Positions 28,507-38,789 of a stretch of 64,000 nt of DNA are shown piece by piece. Below the pieces are notes generated by a model, which saw only the letters and a list, made by a program, of their open reading frames with translations, had not been told where the DNA came from and did not search any database. The first letter of the stretch is position 1. The number at the start of each line of letters is the position of its first letter. A program made the translations under genes and the position numbers. This DNA comes from Candidatus Nomurabacteria bacterium (GTDB taxonomy: Bacteria; Patescibacteriota; Patescibacteriia; HK-STAS-PATE-3): positions 480,001-544,000 of the forward strand of contig CP060223.1 in the NCBI GenBank assembly GCA_023898465.1. The letters run 5' to 3'.

Positions 28507-30439
28507 TGCGCAGATCATCAAACAAGGACTACGTTACCTACAAAACATACAAACAAAAGAAGGGGGCTTCCTCAGTCAATCAAGCCCACTAAGCGAAAAA
28601 AATCCCAGGGGAATTCCGCGCCTCACGAGTTTTTTTACTTCACATGTACTTTTTTGCCTTGCTCAACTTCGCGAGTACACTGAAACAGAACTCATCATTA
28701 AGAAAGCCGAGCATTTTTTACGTTCACAAATTAACGCGCAGGGTTCATTTAATTACTGGAATAGAACAAGTACAGAGGCTACACAAATCCCCTATCCGGA
28801 TGACCTCGATGATACGATATGTGGATGGAATGCGCTCCATCTACTTCACACCGACGGTCTAAGCGGCGCTGAGTTGGCCAAGCTCACTCAACTCCTTATT
28901 CATCAGGAAGAGCAACCCGGCGGACCCTACCGCACCTGGCTACTGAATTCTCACTCCCCTGATGGTGAATGGTCAGATACTGATTTGGCAGTCAATGCAC
29001 ATATCGCCCGCCTTTTACGTTACCTCGGAGTAAAAACACCGCGCCTAGATGCTTTTTTAGAAAATGCATTGCGACAGGAAGTTCTCCTCTCGCGATATTA
29101 TCCTAGCTCCTTCCCAATCCTCTATGCGCTCTCCTATCGTAGCCCTCAAAAACATTCAAGCTTTATTCTACGTCATATCAAGAAGCTCCAACTCCCTGAC
29201 GGCACCTGGGGTAATCCATTACATAACGCTTTAGCTATTGAAACGCTGAGGGAGCTTGGCATTCGAGAAAATGAATTCGATAGCACTCGTGCGCAACAGT
29301 CCTTACGGGAAGCTCAAGAAAAAGGAGCTTGGCCAGCCATTGCTTATTGTATTGATCCCTGCTTCGAGGGCGAACAAATGATTGCTCGATCGAGCGCCCT
29401 TACAACCGCATACTGCCTACTTGCACTACATCAAAAAGAGAAAAAATCTCCTGTAACTATCGCAAAGGCAAATGAAAGCGAGGCGCGCTTTCTGCATGAC
29501 GTCCATCAAATTCTTTCTTATAAAATTACTAGTCTTGCGCCAGAGTTACAAGATCAGGGTAAGCAAACAATACTGCACTTTATTGAAAAAAAAGAAAACG
29601 CACATATCGCACTCCTCTCTTTACTAAGTTACCGAGCACTTTCCTCAAATATACTTAGATCCGACTATGAGTATCTGCTACGTCTCGCAATAAATAATAT
29701 CTATGGATGGATTGCCTATGGCATTTACGATCACATTCTCGATGAAAAAGATCTCATTGAGAAGCTACCTCTCGCCAATGTTTTACTCCGCACTCTTCAA
29801 TCAGAATACACTAAGCTTTTGCAATATATCCCGGGAGGTATTACTTATCTCGAAAACACTCTTAATGCCATAGACGCGGCTAATGCATGGGAAATTGACC
29901 ATTGCCGACTACACGTTAATGAAAAAAAACTTAAGCTACCCCAACACTTGCCTGCATTTAAGGATCTTTCGCAGCTAGCACAAAAAAGCTTTGGACATGC
30001 ACTACCAGCAATAACGGTATTTGCGCTCCACGGCTATAGCTTAGAAGAAGCTCCCCTTCAACATTTGCAAAACTTTTTTAAACACTTCCTCATAGCACGT
30101 CAGTTAAACGATGATGCACATGACTGGCTTACTGACTTAACAAAAGGAAGAATCACGCCAGCCAACCTGCGGGTGATTAAAAAAATATCAACTAAAGAAA
30201 TTAACTTTCAAGAGGATCTTACAAAACTAAAAAAAATGTATTGGGAAGAATGTATCAATGATATTAGTCAAGAAATTCTTCAGCATATTGCTGAAGCAAA
30301 AAATGAGCTTGGACAAATTAATATAGCAAATCCTGAGTACCTCAGCTCACTTCTTCACTCCTCGGAAACTGCAGCTAAAGAGGCAAAAAAACAAAGTAAG
30401 CAAATACTAGGCTTTCTAAAAAACTTTCATCCAGCCTAG
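28493..30439 (+). CDS. two-domain isoprenoid enzyme-like protein: N-terminal prenyltransferase/squalene-cyclase-repeat domain, C-terminal squalene/phytoene-synthase-like domain
   Basis: I place the start at MENTNAQ (ATG 28493). DLDDT (28802-28816) resembles the class II cyclase DxDD(T). QW-like repeats include QLPDGTWG. C-terminal DHILDE (29729-29746) and NDDAHDWLTDLTKGRI (from 30107) resemble the two Asp-rich motifs of the SQS/PSY family. Motif-level call only. Confidence 0.55.
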   Translation: MENTNAQIIKQGLRYLQNIQTKEGGFLSQSSPLSEKNPRGIPRLTSFFTSHVLFCLAQLREYTETELIIKKAEHFLRSQINAQGSFNYWNRTSTEATQIPYPDDLDDTICGWNALHLLHTDGLSGAELAKLTQLLIHQEEQPGGPYRTWLLNSHSPDGEWSDTDLAVNAHIARLLRYLGVKTPRLDAFLENALRQEVLLSRYYPSSFPILYALSYRSPQKHSSFILRHIKKLQLPDGTWGNPLHNALAIETLRELGIRENEFDSTRAQQSLREAQEKGAWPAIAYCIDPCFEGEQMIARSSALTTAYCLLALHQKEKKSPVTIAKANESEARFLHDVHQILSYKITSLAPELQDQGKQTILHFIEKKENAHIALLSLLSYRALSSNILRSDYEYLLRLAINNIYGWIAYGIYDHILDEKDLIEKLPLANVLLRTLQSEYTKLLQYIPGGITYLENTLNAIDAANAWEIDHCRLHVNEKKLKLPQHLPAFKDLSQLAQKSFGHALPAITVFALHGYSLEEAPLQHLQNFFKHFLIARQLNDDAHDWLTDLTKGRITPANLRVIKKISTKEINFQEDLTKLKKMYWEECINDISQEILQHIAEAKNELGQINIANPEYLSSLLHSSETAAKEAKKQSKQILGFLKNFHPA

Positions 30440-30463
30440 AACTGTGAAAACTTCCTGGCGCTC

Positions 30464-31108
30464 TTAATTTTTCACGCTAATCCCGCCAAACATAGCCGTA
30501 CCCTGAATTGTCAGAGTCTTGCTCGCATTTGGATCGGGTTGTGATTTATCCTCTGAGCCACCTAAGATCGGTGTTACATTCATCACCACCCGCACATTTT
30601 TTGGCACAATAATATCAATACCAGCAAAACTGGCTGATGCGTTCAGGACTGATTGCTCAGCCAAATCTGCTTCGCGAAAATCTAACTTAATGCCACCGAA
30701 CCAGGCTGAGCTTTGTCCTTCCTTAAAATGACCAGTCACTTTGCGTTCTATACCGCTAAATACCACGCTTGCATCAGCTGACCCTTGATCCTCCTTCATC
30801 CTTCCATCCCATTGCTTTCCCATGACGATCCGGGCACCAAAGACAATGATAATGATTGGCCAGAATAAGGTCCAGGCAGATTTCGCAAAGAGATCGAGTT
30901 GATCAATAAACAATAATAAGCCAACTAAAATAATGAGGGCCGGACCAAACCACATGCGACGATTATTATTCAATGCGTAAAAACCTACTGCGATTATTGC
31001 CAAGGACCACCAAAAATTTGGTAGATTGTCTGCCCAAGCAAGATCAAGCTGCTGCAGGAGAAAACCCAAGCCTAATAAAATCAAGAAAAAACCTATAAGT
31101 TTGCGCAT
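30464..31108 (-). CDS. LiaF-like (DUF2154) cell-envelope stress membrane protein
   Basis: 4 N-terminal TM helices. The C-terminal domain has FGG..LDF..A.L......ASFAGIDIIVP..V.V..... FGG repeats. Confidence 0.55.
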   Translation of the reverse strand: MRKLIGFFLILLGLGFLLQQLDLAWADNLPNFWWSLAIIAVGFYALNNNRRMWFGPALIILVGLLLFIDQLDLFAKSAWTLFWPIIIIVFGARIVMGKQWDGRMKEDQGSADASVVFSGIERKVTGHFKEGQSSAWFGGIKLDFREADLAEQSVLNASASFAGIDIIVPKNVRVVMNVTPILGGSEDKSQPDPNASKTLTIQGTAMFGGISVKN

Positions 31109-31162
31109 ACTACATCCATTAAGATTCTGATACTATAAGCATACACCTCTCAGTACAGCTGT

Positions 31163-31825
31163 CTATAGGGTATCAAGATGCCGGTTCTGTCGAAACCATT
31201 GCTTCTGTAGCTGGTAATTCGGCAAAATACTGGCGACCCGCTGCCAAAATTTCTTGCTGTGATTATGCTCAAGTAGATGGGCTAACTCATGTACGAGCAC
31301 ATAATCAATTGCTTCGGAGGGTAATAAGATAAGACGCCAGCTCAAAGCGATATTTCCACCCAGACTGCAGGAACCCCAGCGTGTTTTAGCGCTGCTCAAA
31401 CGAAGTTTTTTATACTTTAAGCCGGTCCGCTCGCTCCATTCCTGAATTCGTGAAAAAAGATATTCTCGCGCCTCTCTCTTGTACCATTCGTGCACTAGTT
31501 TTTTTGCCTGAAGTCTTTTTTGTGTTGGTAGAAGCAAAACATCATCTCGGAGAGTTGCTTTTTTTATTGAGGAAAAATGTAGGGTAAATATTTTACCTTT
31601 ATAGTTAAAACGCTCCCCTTCTTGATATTGTTTTACTTTTCTCGGTCCACCGTTCTTTCTTATCCGTTGGAGATGCTGCTCAATCCAGGTCGACTTCTGT
31701 CGTAGGAGTTCTTCGATTTTTTCTACCGGGAATTGAAGAGGAGCTCGGATCAGCAATTGCGCTTCGGGCGTAATCAATACTGCCACACTTCTTCGGCGTG
31801 ACCGAATAAGGCGATACGTATGCAT
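31163..31825 (-). CDS. YgjP-like (DUF45) zinc metallopeptidase
   Basis: WGSCS...VLVHELAHLLEHNHSKKFW (HExxH). Confidence 0.75.
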   Translation of the reverse strand: MHTYRLIRSRRRSVAVLITPEAQLLIRAPLQFPVEKIEELLRQKSTWIEQHLQRIRKNGGPRKVKQYQEGERFNYKGKIFTLHFSSIKKATLRDDVLLLPTQKRLQAKKLVHEWYKREAREYLFSRIQEWSERTGLKYKKLRLSSAKTRWGSCSLGGNIALSWRLILLPSEAIDYVLVHELAHLLEHNHSKKFWQRVASILPNYQLQKQWFRQNRHLDTL

Positions 31826-32191
31826 TTATTTCCCGGACTTTACTTTTAACTCACGCAAACGATGAGTAAGTAGCTGACGGAGTAGACTAAGAGGAATCTT
31901 GGAATCGAAAGGAAACTGTAGTGTGGCTTTACCTGTTTGATACGGTGCGAGTTTCTTTGCCCATTTTGAATCAGAACGCATGCTCGACATAACAAAGAAG
32001 CTCACATGATCACGAAATGCAGCAAAATATGCTAGACGACCATTCCAGTCATAATAAGGCATACCATAGCTTATCTTTTCTTCCGCCTTAGGTGCTACGG
32101 TTGTTATTAATTTCCGTATTTGCCGTAGCATTGGCTGGGCTTTCTTCGGCGCTGCACTAATATATGCACTTACTGTTTTAGCTTTTTGCAT
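31826..32191 (-). CDS. DUF1801 (YdhG-like) domain protein
   Basis: 121 aa. The YGMPYYDWNGRLAYFAAFRDHVSFF pattern is as in the YdhG family (from memory). Confidence 0.55.
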   Translation of the reverse strand: MQKAKTVSAYISAAPKKAQPMLRQIRKLITTVAPKAEEKISYGMPYYDWNGRLAYFAAFRDHVSFFVMSSMRSDSKWAKKLAPYQTGKATLQFPFDSKIPLSLLRQLLTHRLRELKVKSGK

Positions 32192-32193
32192 AG

Positions 32194-32514
32194 CTACTTC
32201 TTTCTTGCGGTTTTCTTATTTCGTTTCTCAAGTATCCCTCGTACTGAAGGACTAACTGCTTTATCTTTTCTATGAATACAGCCTAACCAACAACATGGAC
32301 GTCGCATACCTTCCTTTAGCTCACTCACCACTCGTCGGACATGCTCCTTTCTCGTTTCTTCCTTTTTCACAAAGGTGGTCCAACAAATCCACTCATTACG
32401 AGCAAGTGGTGTAAGTTTCTCCCATAATCCAAGAGCGGCCTTATCAGCGCTTAATGCTTTTTGTAGGTCAGGTGGAACTGTATGAGCTGTTCCAGGGGAA
32501 ATTTTTTGAGACAT
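32194..32514 (-). CDS. YdeI/OmpD-associated family protein
   Basis: 106 aa. W..LTPLARNEWICW...KKEETR..R pattern (from memory). Confidence 0.5.
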   Translation of the reverse strand: MSQKISPGTAHTVPPDLQKALSADKAALGLWEKLTPLARNEWICWTTFVKKEETRKEHVRRVVSELKEGMRRPCCWLGCIHRKDKAVSPSVRGILEKRNKKTARKK

Positions 32515-32567
32515 TTTAGTCGTAGTGTTTATTTCTTCACTTCTGATATTAACACATGCAAGATGTA

Positions 32568-32813
32568 TTATGAAATATCAATTTCAGCTTGGTAACCCGC
32601 TTCGCGAACCGCTTGAATAAGCTGGTCAGCCTTTACCTCATCACCGTGCGTAACCTCGGTGCGTGCTTTCGCATAATTAGTTTTTGAAGAATCAACACCA
32701 GGCAAATCCTCAATACTATCATCAATGGTCATGCTACATGAAGTACAATGCATACCACTAATTTTTAGAAGGGTCTTTTGCCTATCGCTTTGTTTTTTAC
32801 GTTGAAAAAACAT
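32568..32813 (-). CDS. copZ: heavy-metal-associated (HMA) copper chaperone
   Basis: GMHCTSCSMTI metal-binding motif. 81 aa. Confidence 0.8.
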   Translation of the reverse strand: MFFQRKKQSDRQKTLLKISGMHCTSCSMTIDDSIEDLPGVDSSKTNYAKARTEVTHGDEVKADQLIQAVREAGYQAEIDIS

Positions 32814-32829
32814 AATTGGATATTGTGAA

Positions 32830-33876
32830 TTAAATAACTTCCATCACGCCTGTATACATACCCATAGAACATGAATATGTATATCGGCCCGGTTGCGTTG
32901 GAGTAAATTGAAAACTTTGTCGGTCAGTGGGACGCAAAAAAGTGTCAATACCAAATTGTCGAAAAGTAAAAGCAACCGCACAAGAATATACGTCATTACT
33001 CTGCAATATCAACTCCACTGGCTTATTCTTTTCAACCGCAAAATATCGGGGCGAGTACCCTTGACCCAACACGTTAATGGTTACTCGCTGCACACCGTTA
33101 GTAAGTACCACTTCATCACTAACAGCCTTTGGTGTGCTTGTGTTCTGAAATTTTGCAATAATTTTTTCATACGTAATTGGTGCATCATACACATTAAGGA
33201 TCCCGTTGAAGCTGATAAGCGACAAGACAATCAAAATAGCAGCGGCAGTTTTTTGAAACCATCCATGCATCGTATCTGAGAGCTTCGCGGTCATGACGCC
33301 AAGTAAGGTAAAAATTGGTGAAGTACCAAGCACAAAGAAAAACATAATAAGGGCTCCAGCTATAGGACTGCCACTAGTAACTGCCACCACTTCCATTGCC
33401 TGAGTAACGCCGCAAGGGATAAAGACGGTCAAGACCCCTAATACTGCGGGGGCAAATAAAGTATCGCTCTTACTTGATTTCTTCACAAAGCGCTGCAGCC
33501 AACGCGGTGGCTGAAATGCTAAGAAGCGAAAGATTGGATGCACGTTTAATAAGTTCATTGCTGTAGCAAACATAAACAACGCTGCAGCAAGTTGAAAAGC
33601 GATACGCACATTTAATCCTATCGCTAACACTGAACCAAGCCAGCCAAGCAAAAAACCAAAGGCGGTGTGTACAATTAATTTCGCTAGTAAAAAAATACCT
33701 ACTGGCCAAATATCTGTTCCGCGGATTCGTGCATCGCTAGATTTTAGTGATGTTTTTCCGTTTTCAGATCGTTCCTTCTGATTAGCTATCACGCCTGCCA
33801 ACAACCCCCCTTGGACAGCTAGGCAGGTTAAGCCACCGGTAGTTAAGCCTGCTAAGAAAAAAACCCAATAATTCAT
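32830..33876 (-). CDS. TauE/UreH-like permease fused to a C-terminal cupredoxin-like domain
   Basis: ~7 TM helices. C-terminal [16 protein letters not shown] (Cys-Met cluster). Overlaps the copA stop. Confidence 0.55.
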   Translation of the reverse strand: MNYWVFFLAGLTTGGLTCLAVQGGLLAGVIANQKERSENGKTSLKSSDARIRGTDIWPVGIFLLAKLIVHTAFGFLLGWLGSVLAIGLNVRIAFQLAAALFMFATAMNLLNVHPIFRFLAFQPPRWLQRFVKKSSKSDTLFAPAVLGVLTVFIPCGVTQAMEVVAVTSGSPIAGALIMFFFVLGTSPIFTLLGVMTAKLSDTMHGWFQKTAAAILIVLSLISFNGILNVYDAPITYEKIIAKFQNTSTPKAVSDEVVLTNGVQRVTINVLGQGYSPRYFAVEKNKPVELILQSNDVYSCAVAFTFRQFGIDTFLRPTDRQSFQFTPTQPGRYTYSCSMGMYTGVMEVI

Positions 33877-36104
33877 ATGTGTGATCGAAACGTTTTTAAT
33901 CGTAAGGCATTAAGCACAACTGAAACACTTGAAAAGGCCATTGCAGCGCCTGCCCAAATTGGATTGATAGTAATTCCCCAAATCGGCGCTAATGCTCCCA
34001 TGGCAACGGGTATGAGAAGAACATTATAACCAAAAGCCCAAGCAAGATTTTGCCAAATATTCTTCATAGTTGCTCGAGAAAGCGCAAGAGTCACTGGAAT
34101 TAACCGTAAGTCTGGACGAAGTAACACAACTCCAGCGGTCGCAATAGCAACATCAGTTCCCTGCCCCATTGCAATACTTAGATCCGCCGCTGCCAAGGCA
34201 GGCGCGTCGTTAATTCCATCCCCAATCATTGCGACGCCTTTTTTCTGCTGCTGCAGCTCTTTTATTCGCTGCTCTTTTTCTTGTGGAAGCACCTGTCCGA
34301 TAACTTGCGAAAGTTTAAGCTCACGCTGCACGTGCTGCGCTGCTTCTCTAGTATCACCAGTGAGCATTATGGTCTGTATGCCCTGATGATTTAAGGCGGC
34401 AATTACGCTGGCGGATTCCTCACGTATCGTATCAGCAATACTAAAGGAGACGAGGGCTTCATGATTGTCGGCCACATATACACGAGACATATTCACTGGC
34501 ATGAATTGAGCCTGGTCTGCATCGATTTGGATATTCTCTTGAGCCAACAGTGAGGCACTACCAATATTCATTTGACCGATAGTATCCTTAGCCCGAACTC
34601 CTTTTCCGGGCACATCAATTATTTCAGGCGCTGTTTCTGCGCTAGGTATTCCTTTGTCATTGATATACTGCGCAATAGCTTTTGCTAAAGGATGATTTGA
34701 GCGTTCTTCAATTGTCCGGACACGGCCAAGTAACTCTTGCTGCTCCTGGACGGAAAAAGTACGCATCATTTGTATATCTTGTACACGGGGCTTGCCTTCC
34801 GTTAAGGTGCCAGTTTTATCAAACACAATGGTCTGCACACGTCTCCCCAATTCAAGCGCTTCAGCATTTTTTATAAGTATCCCAAGCTCTGAACCCTTAC
34901 CAATGCCGACCATAATTGAAGTGGGAGTGGCTAAGCCGAGCGCGCAGGGACAAGCAATAATAAGCACACTCACCATGCTTACAAGTGCGTGTGCCCAAAC
35001 TGGATCTGGTCCAAAAAATAACCAAAGTCCAAAAGTGAGCAATGAAAGAGCGATAACAATTGGCACGAAATATGCTGAGATCTTGTCAGCTAAATTCTGT
35101 ACCGGGGGTCGAGATCCTTGCGCTTCTTCAACTAAGCGTACGATTTGTGCCAGCATAGTTTCATCACCCACTCGTCTTGCTTCCATCTCAAAAGCACCGC
35201 TAGTATTCATAGTTGCGCCAATTACCTGGTCTCCTGCCTTTTTCTCTACTGGCAAGCCTTCCCCAGTCACCATGCTTTCGTCTACCGCAGAGGATCCAGA
35301 CACAATATTCCCATCAACAGGAACTTTTTCACCTGGCTTCACTAAAATACGGTCTCCTACACGCACGTCAGTAAGGGGAAGATCCTGCCAAGTTTTTTTT
35401 TGAAATACATGCGCTATTTTTGCCTCTAGCTTCAACAAACGCTTCATTGCTGTAGCTGCCTGACCTTTTGCTCGCAACTCGAGAAATTTACCCAGTAACA
35501 CTAATGTAATTACCGTAGCTGAAGTTTCAAAGTACGCTAGCTGACTAATACCTAATGCCGCTAATTGATTTTCGTAAACTATTGAGAATGCTGAGGAGGC
35601 ATAGGCTACGCTAGTTCCTAAGGCGATAAGCGTATCCATATTGGCCGTGCGATTTTTCAGCGCAGACCAAGCGCTCAGGTAATAGTTTTTTCCAGCCCAA
35701 AACTGTACCGGGGTGGCAAGTATCCACATCAACCATGACTGACGCAGCCAATCAGGCGCTCCTGGCACCATCGCGCCAATAAGCAATAGTACAGTGAGTG
35801 GGAAAGAAACAAACAATCTCTGTCTCAACTGACGCAACTCTTCGACTCGTTCCTTTTCCGTAAGATCGCCGTGATCATGTACGCCTATGTGCGCTTTATA
35901 ACCCAACTTTGCAACGGTTTGCCCTATTTCATACTCTGGAGTTGCATGAGGGTCGAAGCTAACTGCTGCTTGATGATTTCCATAATTTACCGTTGCCTCT
36001 TTTACACCTGGAAGTTTCTTTAGACGACGTTGGATATTTGCCGCACAGCTTGCGCAATGCATGCCAGACACATGAAAATTGATCTGTTGGACATTATTTG
36101 GCAT
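33873..36104 (-). CDS. copA: copper-translocating P1B-type ATPase
   Basis: N-terminal [17 protein letters not shown] ([13 protein letters not shown]), [16 protein letters not shown] place the start at MPNNVQQ (36104). Confidence 0.9.
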   Translation of the reverse strand: MPNNVQQINFHVSGMHCASCAANIQRRLKKLPGVKEATVNYGNHQAAVSFDPHATPEYEIGQTVAKLGYKAHIGVHDHGDLTEKERVEELRQLRQRLFVSFPLTVLLLIGAMVPGAPDWLRQSWLMWILATPVQFWAGKNYYLSAWSALKNRTANMDTLIALGTSVAYASSAFSIVYENQLAALGISQLAYFETSATVITLVLLGKFLELRAKGQAATAMKRLLKLEAKIAHVFQKKTWQDLPLTDVRVGDRILVKPGEKVPVDGNIVSGSSAVDESMVTGEGLPVEKKAGDQVIGATMNTSGAFEMEARRVGDETMLAQIVRLVEEAQGSRPPVQNLADKISAYFVPIVIALSLLTFGLWLFFGPDPVWAHALVSMVSVLIIACPCALGLATPTSIMVGIGKGSELGILIKNAEALELGRRVQTIVFDKTGTLTEGKPRVQDIQMMRTFSVQEQQELLGRVRTIEERSNHPLAKAIAQYINDKGIPSAETAPEIIDVPGKGVRAKDTIGQMNIGSASLLAQENIQIDADQAQFMPVNMSRVYVADNHEALVSFSIADTIREESASVIAALNHQGIQTIMLTGDTREAAQHVQRELKLSQVIGQVLPQEKEQRIKELQQQKKGVAMIGDGINDAPALAAADLSIAMGQGTDVAIATAGVVLLRPDLRLIPVTLALSRATMKNIWQNLAWAFGYNVLLIPVAMGALAPIWGITINPIWAGAAMAFSSVSVVLNALRLKTFRSHI

Positions 36105-36573
36105 ATTTTCCTGGATTTTTTTGAAAAGCCTTTTTACATCCACTCGCGCAAAAATAATATTTCTTCCCCTGATATTGCATGGCCGCGCCGGCCGTACTCG
36201 GAGAGACACGCATGTGACATACAGGGTCATGCACGATTGGCATAAGATCCTTCATTGTCCTACTGAATTCATCAGGTTTTTTATCGCCCTGTTGAACAAC
36301 AATAATGTCGCGAATAAGTTGACTCGCCTTAGCAAAATTCGGATGAGCTAAATGGTATCGAAGACGCTTTCCCAGCCGATGATAACTTACCGCTCCAGCA
36401 TCACGAAGTATTTTAAGATGCTGACTGAGATTTGCTTGTGGCAAACCAAGCATGTCTTGCATTTCCTCAACCGTTGCTGGGCCTTCTTTTAGTAAATGTA
36501 AAACCTCCAAACGGCGCGGATGTGCAAGCGCTTTTAAAAGCTTGGCGTGGAGTTTAAAAACTTGTTCATACAT
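36094..36573 (-). CDS. ArsR/SmtB-family metalloregulator with C-terminal YHS/TRASH zinc-ribbon-like domain
   Basis: [19 protein letters not shown]...[16 protein letters not shown]-terminal DPVCHM...[13 protein letters not shown] place the start at MYEQ (36573). Confidence 0.8.
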   Translation of the reverse strand: MYEQVFKLHAKLLKALAHPRRLEVLHLLKEGPATVEEMQDMLGLPQANLSQHLKILRDAGAVSYHRLGKRLRYHLAHPNFAKASQLIRDIIVVQQGDKKPDEFSRTMKDLMPIVHDPVCHMRVSPSTAGAAMQYQGKKYYFCASGCKKAFQKNPGKYAK

Positions 36574-36615
36574 ATTCGCTATTTCGAATATATATACTTC
36601 AGAAAAAACTGTCAA
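36572..36615 (-). promoter_or_regulatory. cop operon promoter TTGACA-N17-TATATT with a 7-6-7 inverted repeat ATATTCG-N6-CGAATAT overlapping the start codon (putative operator; near-leaderless mRNA)
   Basis: Read directly. The -35 is at 36610-36615, the -10 at 36587-36592, the palindrome at 36572-36591. Only 13 nt lie between the -10 and the ATG, and there is no SD. Confidence 0.45.
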
Positions 36616-36623
36616 GAAATCCC

Positions 36624-37880
36624 CTATCGAATGTAGACGACCGCGCCTGTGCTAAAGGTGTTTATATCTTTACACGCCTGACCTGGAAAAACCTCAGCCC
36701 GTAATTTACGACTCTCCAGCATCTCTACCATAAAACATCCAGCTGAACTTGTTCCTGAACGCAGCTCCAGAGTGCTGCTCAAACTTGATCTATCCCAAAC
36801 TTGGCCATCAGCGTAATAGACTTGCTCGTAAAGGTCATAGGCTACCCGGCCGTTTTCTGGACTAATATCAACTGGCTTAGCAGCGTCGTGAGCAATAGTG
36901 AACTGTGAAGCGCCATCTGGCCAGTTACCTATTGAAATTACCGTAGCGCTAGGGTCGAGATGATCTGGAGCGATCGCGAGATGGGTAGTCCAATACGCAG
37001 ACGGATCATTGCCCGCATAACCATTTGTGGTCCCATCAGGATTCATCACAAACCAGGTGCCAATTAACCGTCCATCAATATCATAGTCAATCTTGCCGCT
37101 ACGTGGTTCAACTGTACGTAAATACTGGGTCAAAGCTAGGGAGCGAAGTTCTTCAGTGTAGTACGGCAGCGGATCAACAGTATGAATCTTCCACGATTCA
37201 CGCTCATAATGCTCCGGCACCACGAAGCCGCTAAGCTCGCTCTCTGTATCCCAAACAGCAAAATCGAGAGTCTGCCCGCCGATACTCCCTATACGTTGTC
37301 CAGCCTTCACAGGTAAATCAATACTATTCCCCTGCTGCTGATAGGCACTAAGTATATCAGGTGCTAAACCAGTGACTAAATCATAGTAGTAAAATAGATG
37401 ACAACTCATGCTGAATACTATCCGAAAGTCTGTCACGGTCTTGTTCGCATTTTGCCCCTGACCAGAGTGGGTACGCGTCCCTATATCAACAATCCGCGCA
37501 TCGGCCATTGCGTATACTGGATAGGCATCAATAGGTGAATCAAAAGGCTCGGGTGAGAAGTATTGATGATCAATTGGGGTGACGTGCCCACCGATCATTA
37601 ATCCGTATGGGATAATAAATCCAACATCGCTAGGGTCCATGGGATAATCGGTAAGCAAGGGTTTGTCGGTTCCCTGACAATGTCCATGACTTAATTCCTG
37701 ACCAGCTACATCAGCCGGCGTCCTCGCCTGCTCTTGTGTATTGATATTTTCTTCATTTTGCATTGAGGAGTTTTGATTTTGACTAACAGTATTGTCGTTA
37801 TTTCTACGAGTGAATAGCACAATAAGCACTGCCAGAAGAATGAGGACAGCGATGATGACGAGCGTCGCTACTTTTTTCAT
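36624..37880 (-). CDS. secreted/anchored protein with a degenerate M23/LytM-like core
   Basis: N-terminal TM helix. GGHVTPIDHQY...PVYAMADARIVDIG...VKAGQRIGSIGG resembles the M23 layout, but the HxH position reads LDF. Confidence 0.4.
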   Translation of the reverse strand: MKKVATLVIIAVLILLAVLIVLFTRRNNDNTVSQNQNSSMQNEENINTQEQARTPADVAGQELSHGHCQGTDKPLLTDYPMDPSDVGFIIPYGLMIGGHVTPIDHQYFSPEPFDSPIDAYPVYAMADARIVDIGTRTHSGQGQNANKTVTDFRIVFSMSCHLFYYYDLVTGLAPDILSAYQQQGNSIDLPVKAGQRIGSIGGQTLDFAVWDTESELSGFVVPEHYERESWKIHTVDPLPYYTEELRSLALTQYLRTVEPRSGKIDYDIDGRLIGTWFVMNPDGTTNGYAGNDPSAYWTTHLAIAPDHLDPSATVISIGNWPDGASQFTIAHDAAKPVDISPENGRVAYDLYEQVYYADGQVWDRSSLSSTLELRSGTSSAGCFMVEMLESRKLRAEVFPGQACKDINTFSTGAVVYIR

Positions 37881-37969
37881 ATGGGTAAGTATAGCATAGA
37901 AAAAATAGCTTACTCAGTATGAGTAGATTTTAATAGGCATTAAAAGGATTTTCGCTGTAAAATATCTCT

Positions 37970-38446
37970 TTACTGCCCTTGCTCGAAATCCTTCAGGATA
38001 CGCAAGTATTTTGCTTGAGTATCACTACCAATTTGTGGATGCGTAAAAACCGGCATTACACCGGTTATTGCTATGATATTTCTTACTTCATCAAAATAGA
38101 ATCCATCCAACGTTGCAATAAAGAGCCAAGAAGGATTCCAAGACTTAGCCATCCGTTTAGCATCTATAAGCACATATTCAGGACTTAGTTGTTTTTGATA
38201 TTTTACCTCTATCAATCTGACTTCGCTTGTTGCATGATCAATGACAGCGAAATCTGGCGCGGTACGTAAAATATTAACTGTTGGATTATCTTGTGAATAA
38301 CCCTGCTGGATAAGCTCAGGGATAATTTTTTCATACCCAAATTCGAGTACTGTAAATTGGCGTGATTCGCGAAACATTTGTGCAAATATCGTTTCAGCAA
38401 TTTTACCTTTAATGAGATTGTGAGTGAATTCTGTTGAGGTAGACAT
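37970..38446 (-). CDS. PD-(D/E)XK nuclease-fold protein (Hjc/endonuclease-like)
   Basis: GKIAETIF (E) ... APDFAVID (D) ... RLIEVKY (E-x-K) in the canonical order and spacing. 158 aa. Confidence 0.5.
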   Translation of the reverse strand: MSTSTEFTHNLIKGKIAETIFAQMFRESRQFTVLEFGYEKIIPELIQQGYSQDNPTVNILRTAPDFAVIDHATSEVRLIEVKYQKQLSPEYVLIDAKRMAKSWNPSWLFIATLDGFYFDEVRNIIAITGVMPVFTHPQIGSDTQAKYLRILKDFEQGQ

Positions 38447-38598
38447 TATTTTTTCTTAATAAACTTTTTCAACTTTACTTGAATGTAGGTTGCCGCAATA
38501 GTAAACAGAAGTATTATTCCAAAAGCAGGAAGAAATACTTTCAGCATTATTCCCATAAACCTACTTGTACCTTCAACAAGCTGAGGATCGGCAGGCAT
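38446..38598 (-). CDS. small membrane protein (50 aa; below the track cutoff)
   Basis: The ATG abuts the upstream stop (TAAATG) and its stop overlaps the next ATG (TAATG). One TM helix (VFLPAFGIILLFTIAATYI) and a Lys-rich tail. Confidence 0.4.
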   Translation of the reverse strand: MPADPQLVEGTSRFMGIMLKVFLPAFGIILLFTIAATYIQVKLKKFIKKK

Positions 38599-38784
38599 TT
38601 ATCTTGTTTTCTTCTTATAGCAGCTATAACAAAGCGAACGATCGCGGGAAATAACTGTACCACAACTCCGGCACTTTTTCGTGCCATACTTTTTTACACT
38701 CGAAGACTTTTTCTTAGTCTGGCATGAGTAGCACAGTGTATACGTTCCTGTTGTTTTTGTTCCACAGCGGCTGCATTTAGGCAT
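38599..38784 (-). CDS. double zinc-ribbon small protein (61 aa)
   Basis: I place the start at MPKCSRCG. Two CxxC...CxxC units (CSRC..CYSC; CRSC..CYSC), very basic. Confidence 0.5.
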   Translation of the reverse strand: MPKCSRCGTKTTGTYTLCYSCQTKKKSSSVKKYGTKKCRSCGTVISRDRSLCYSCYKKKTR

Positions 38785-38789
38785 ACTTA

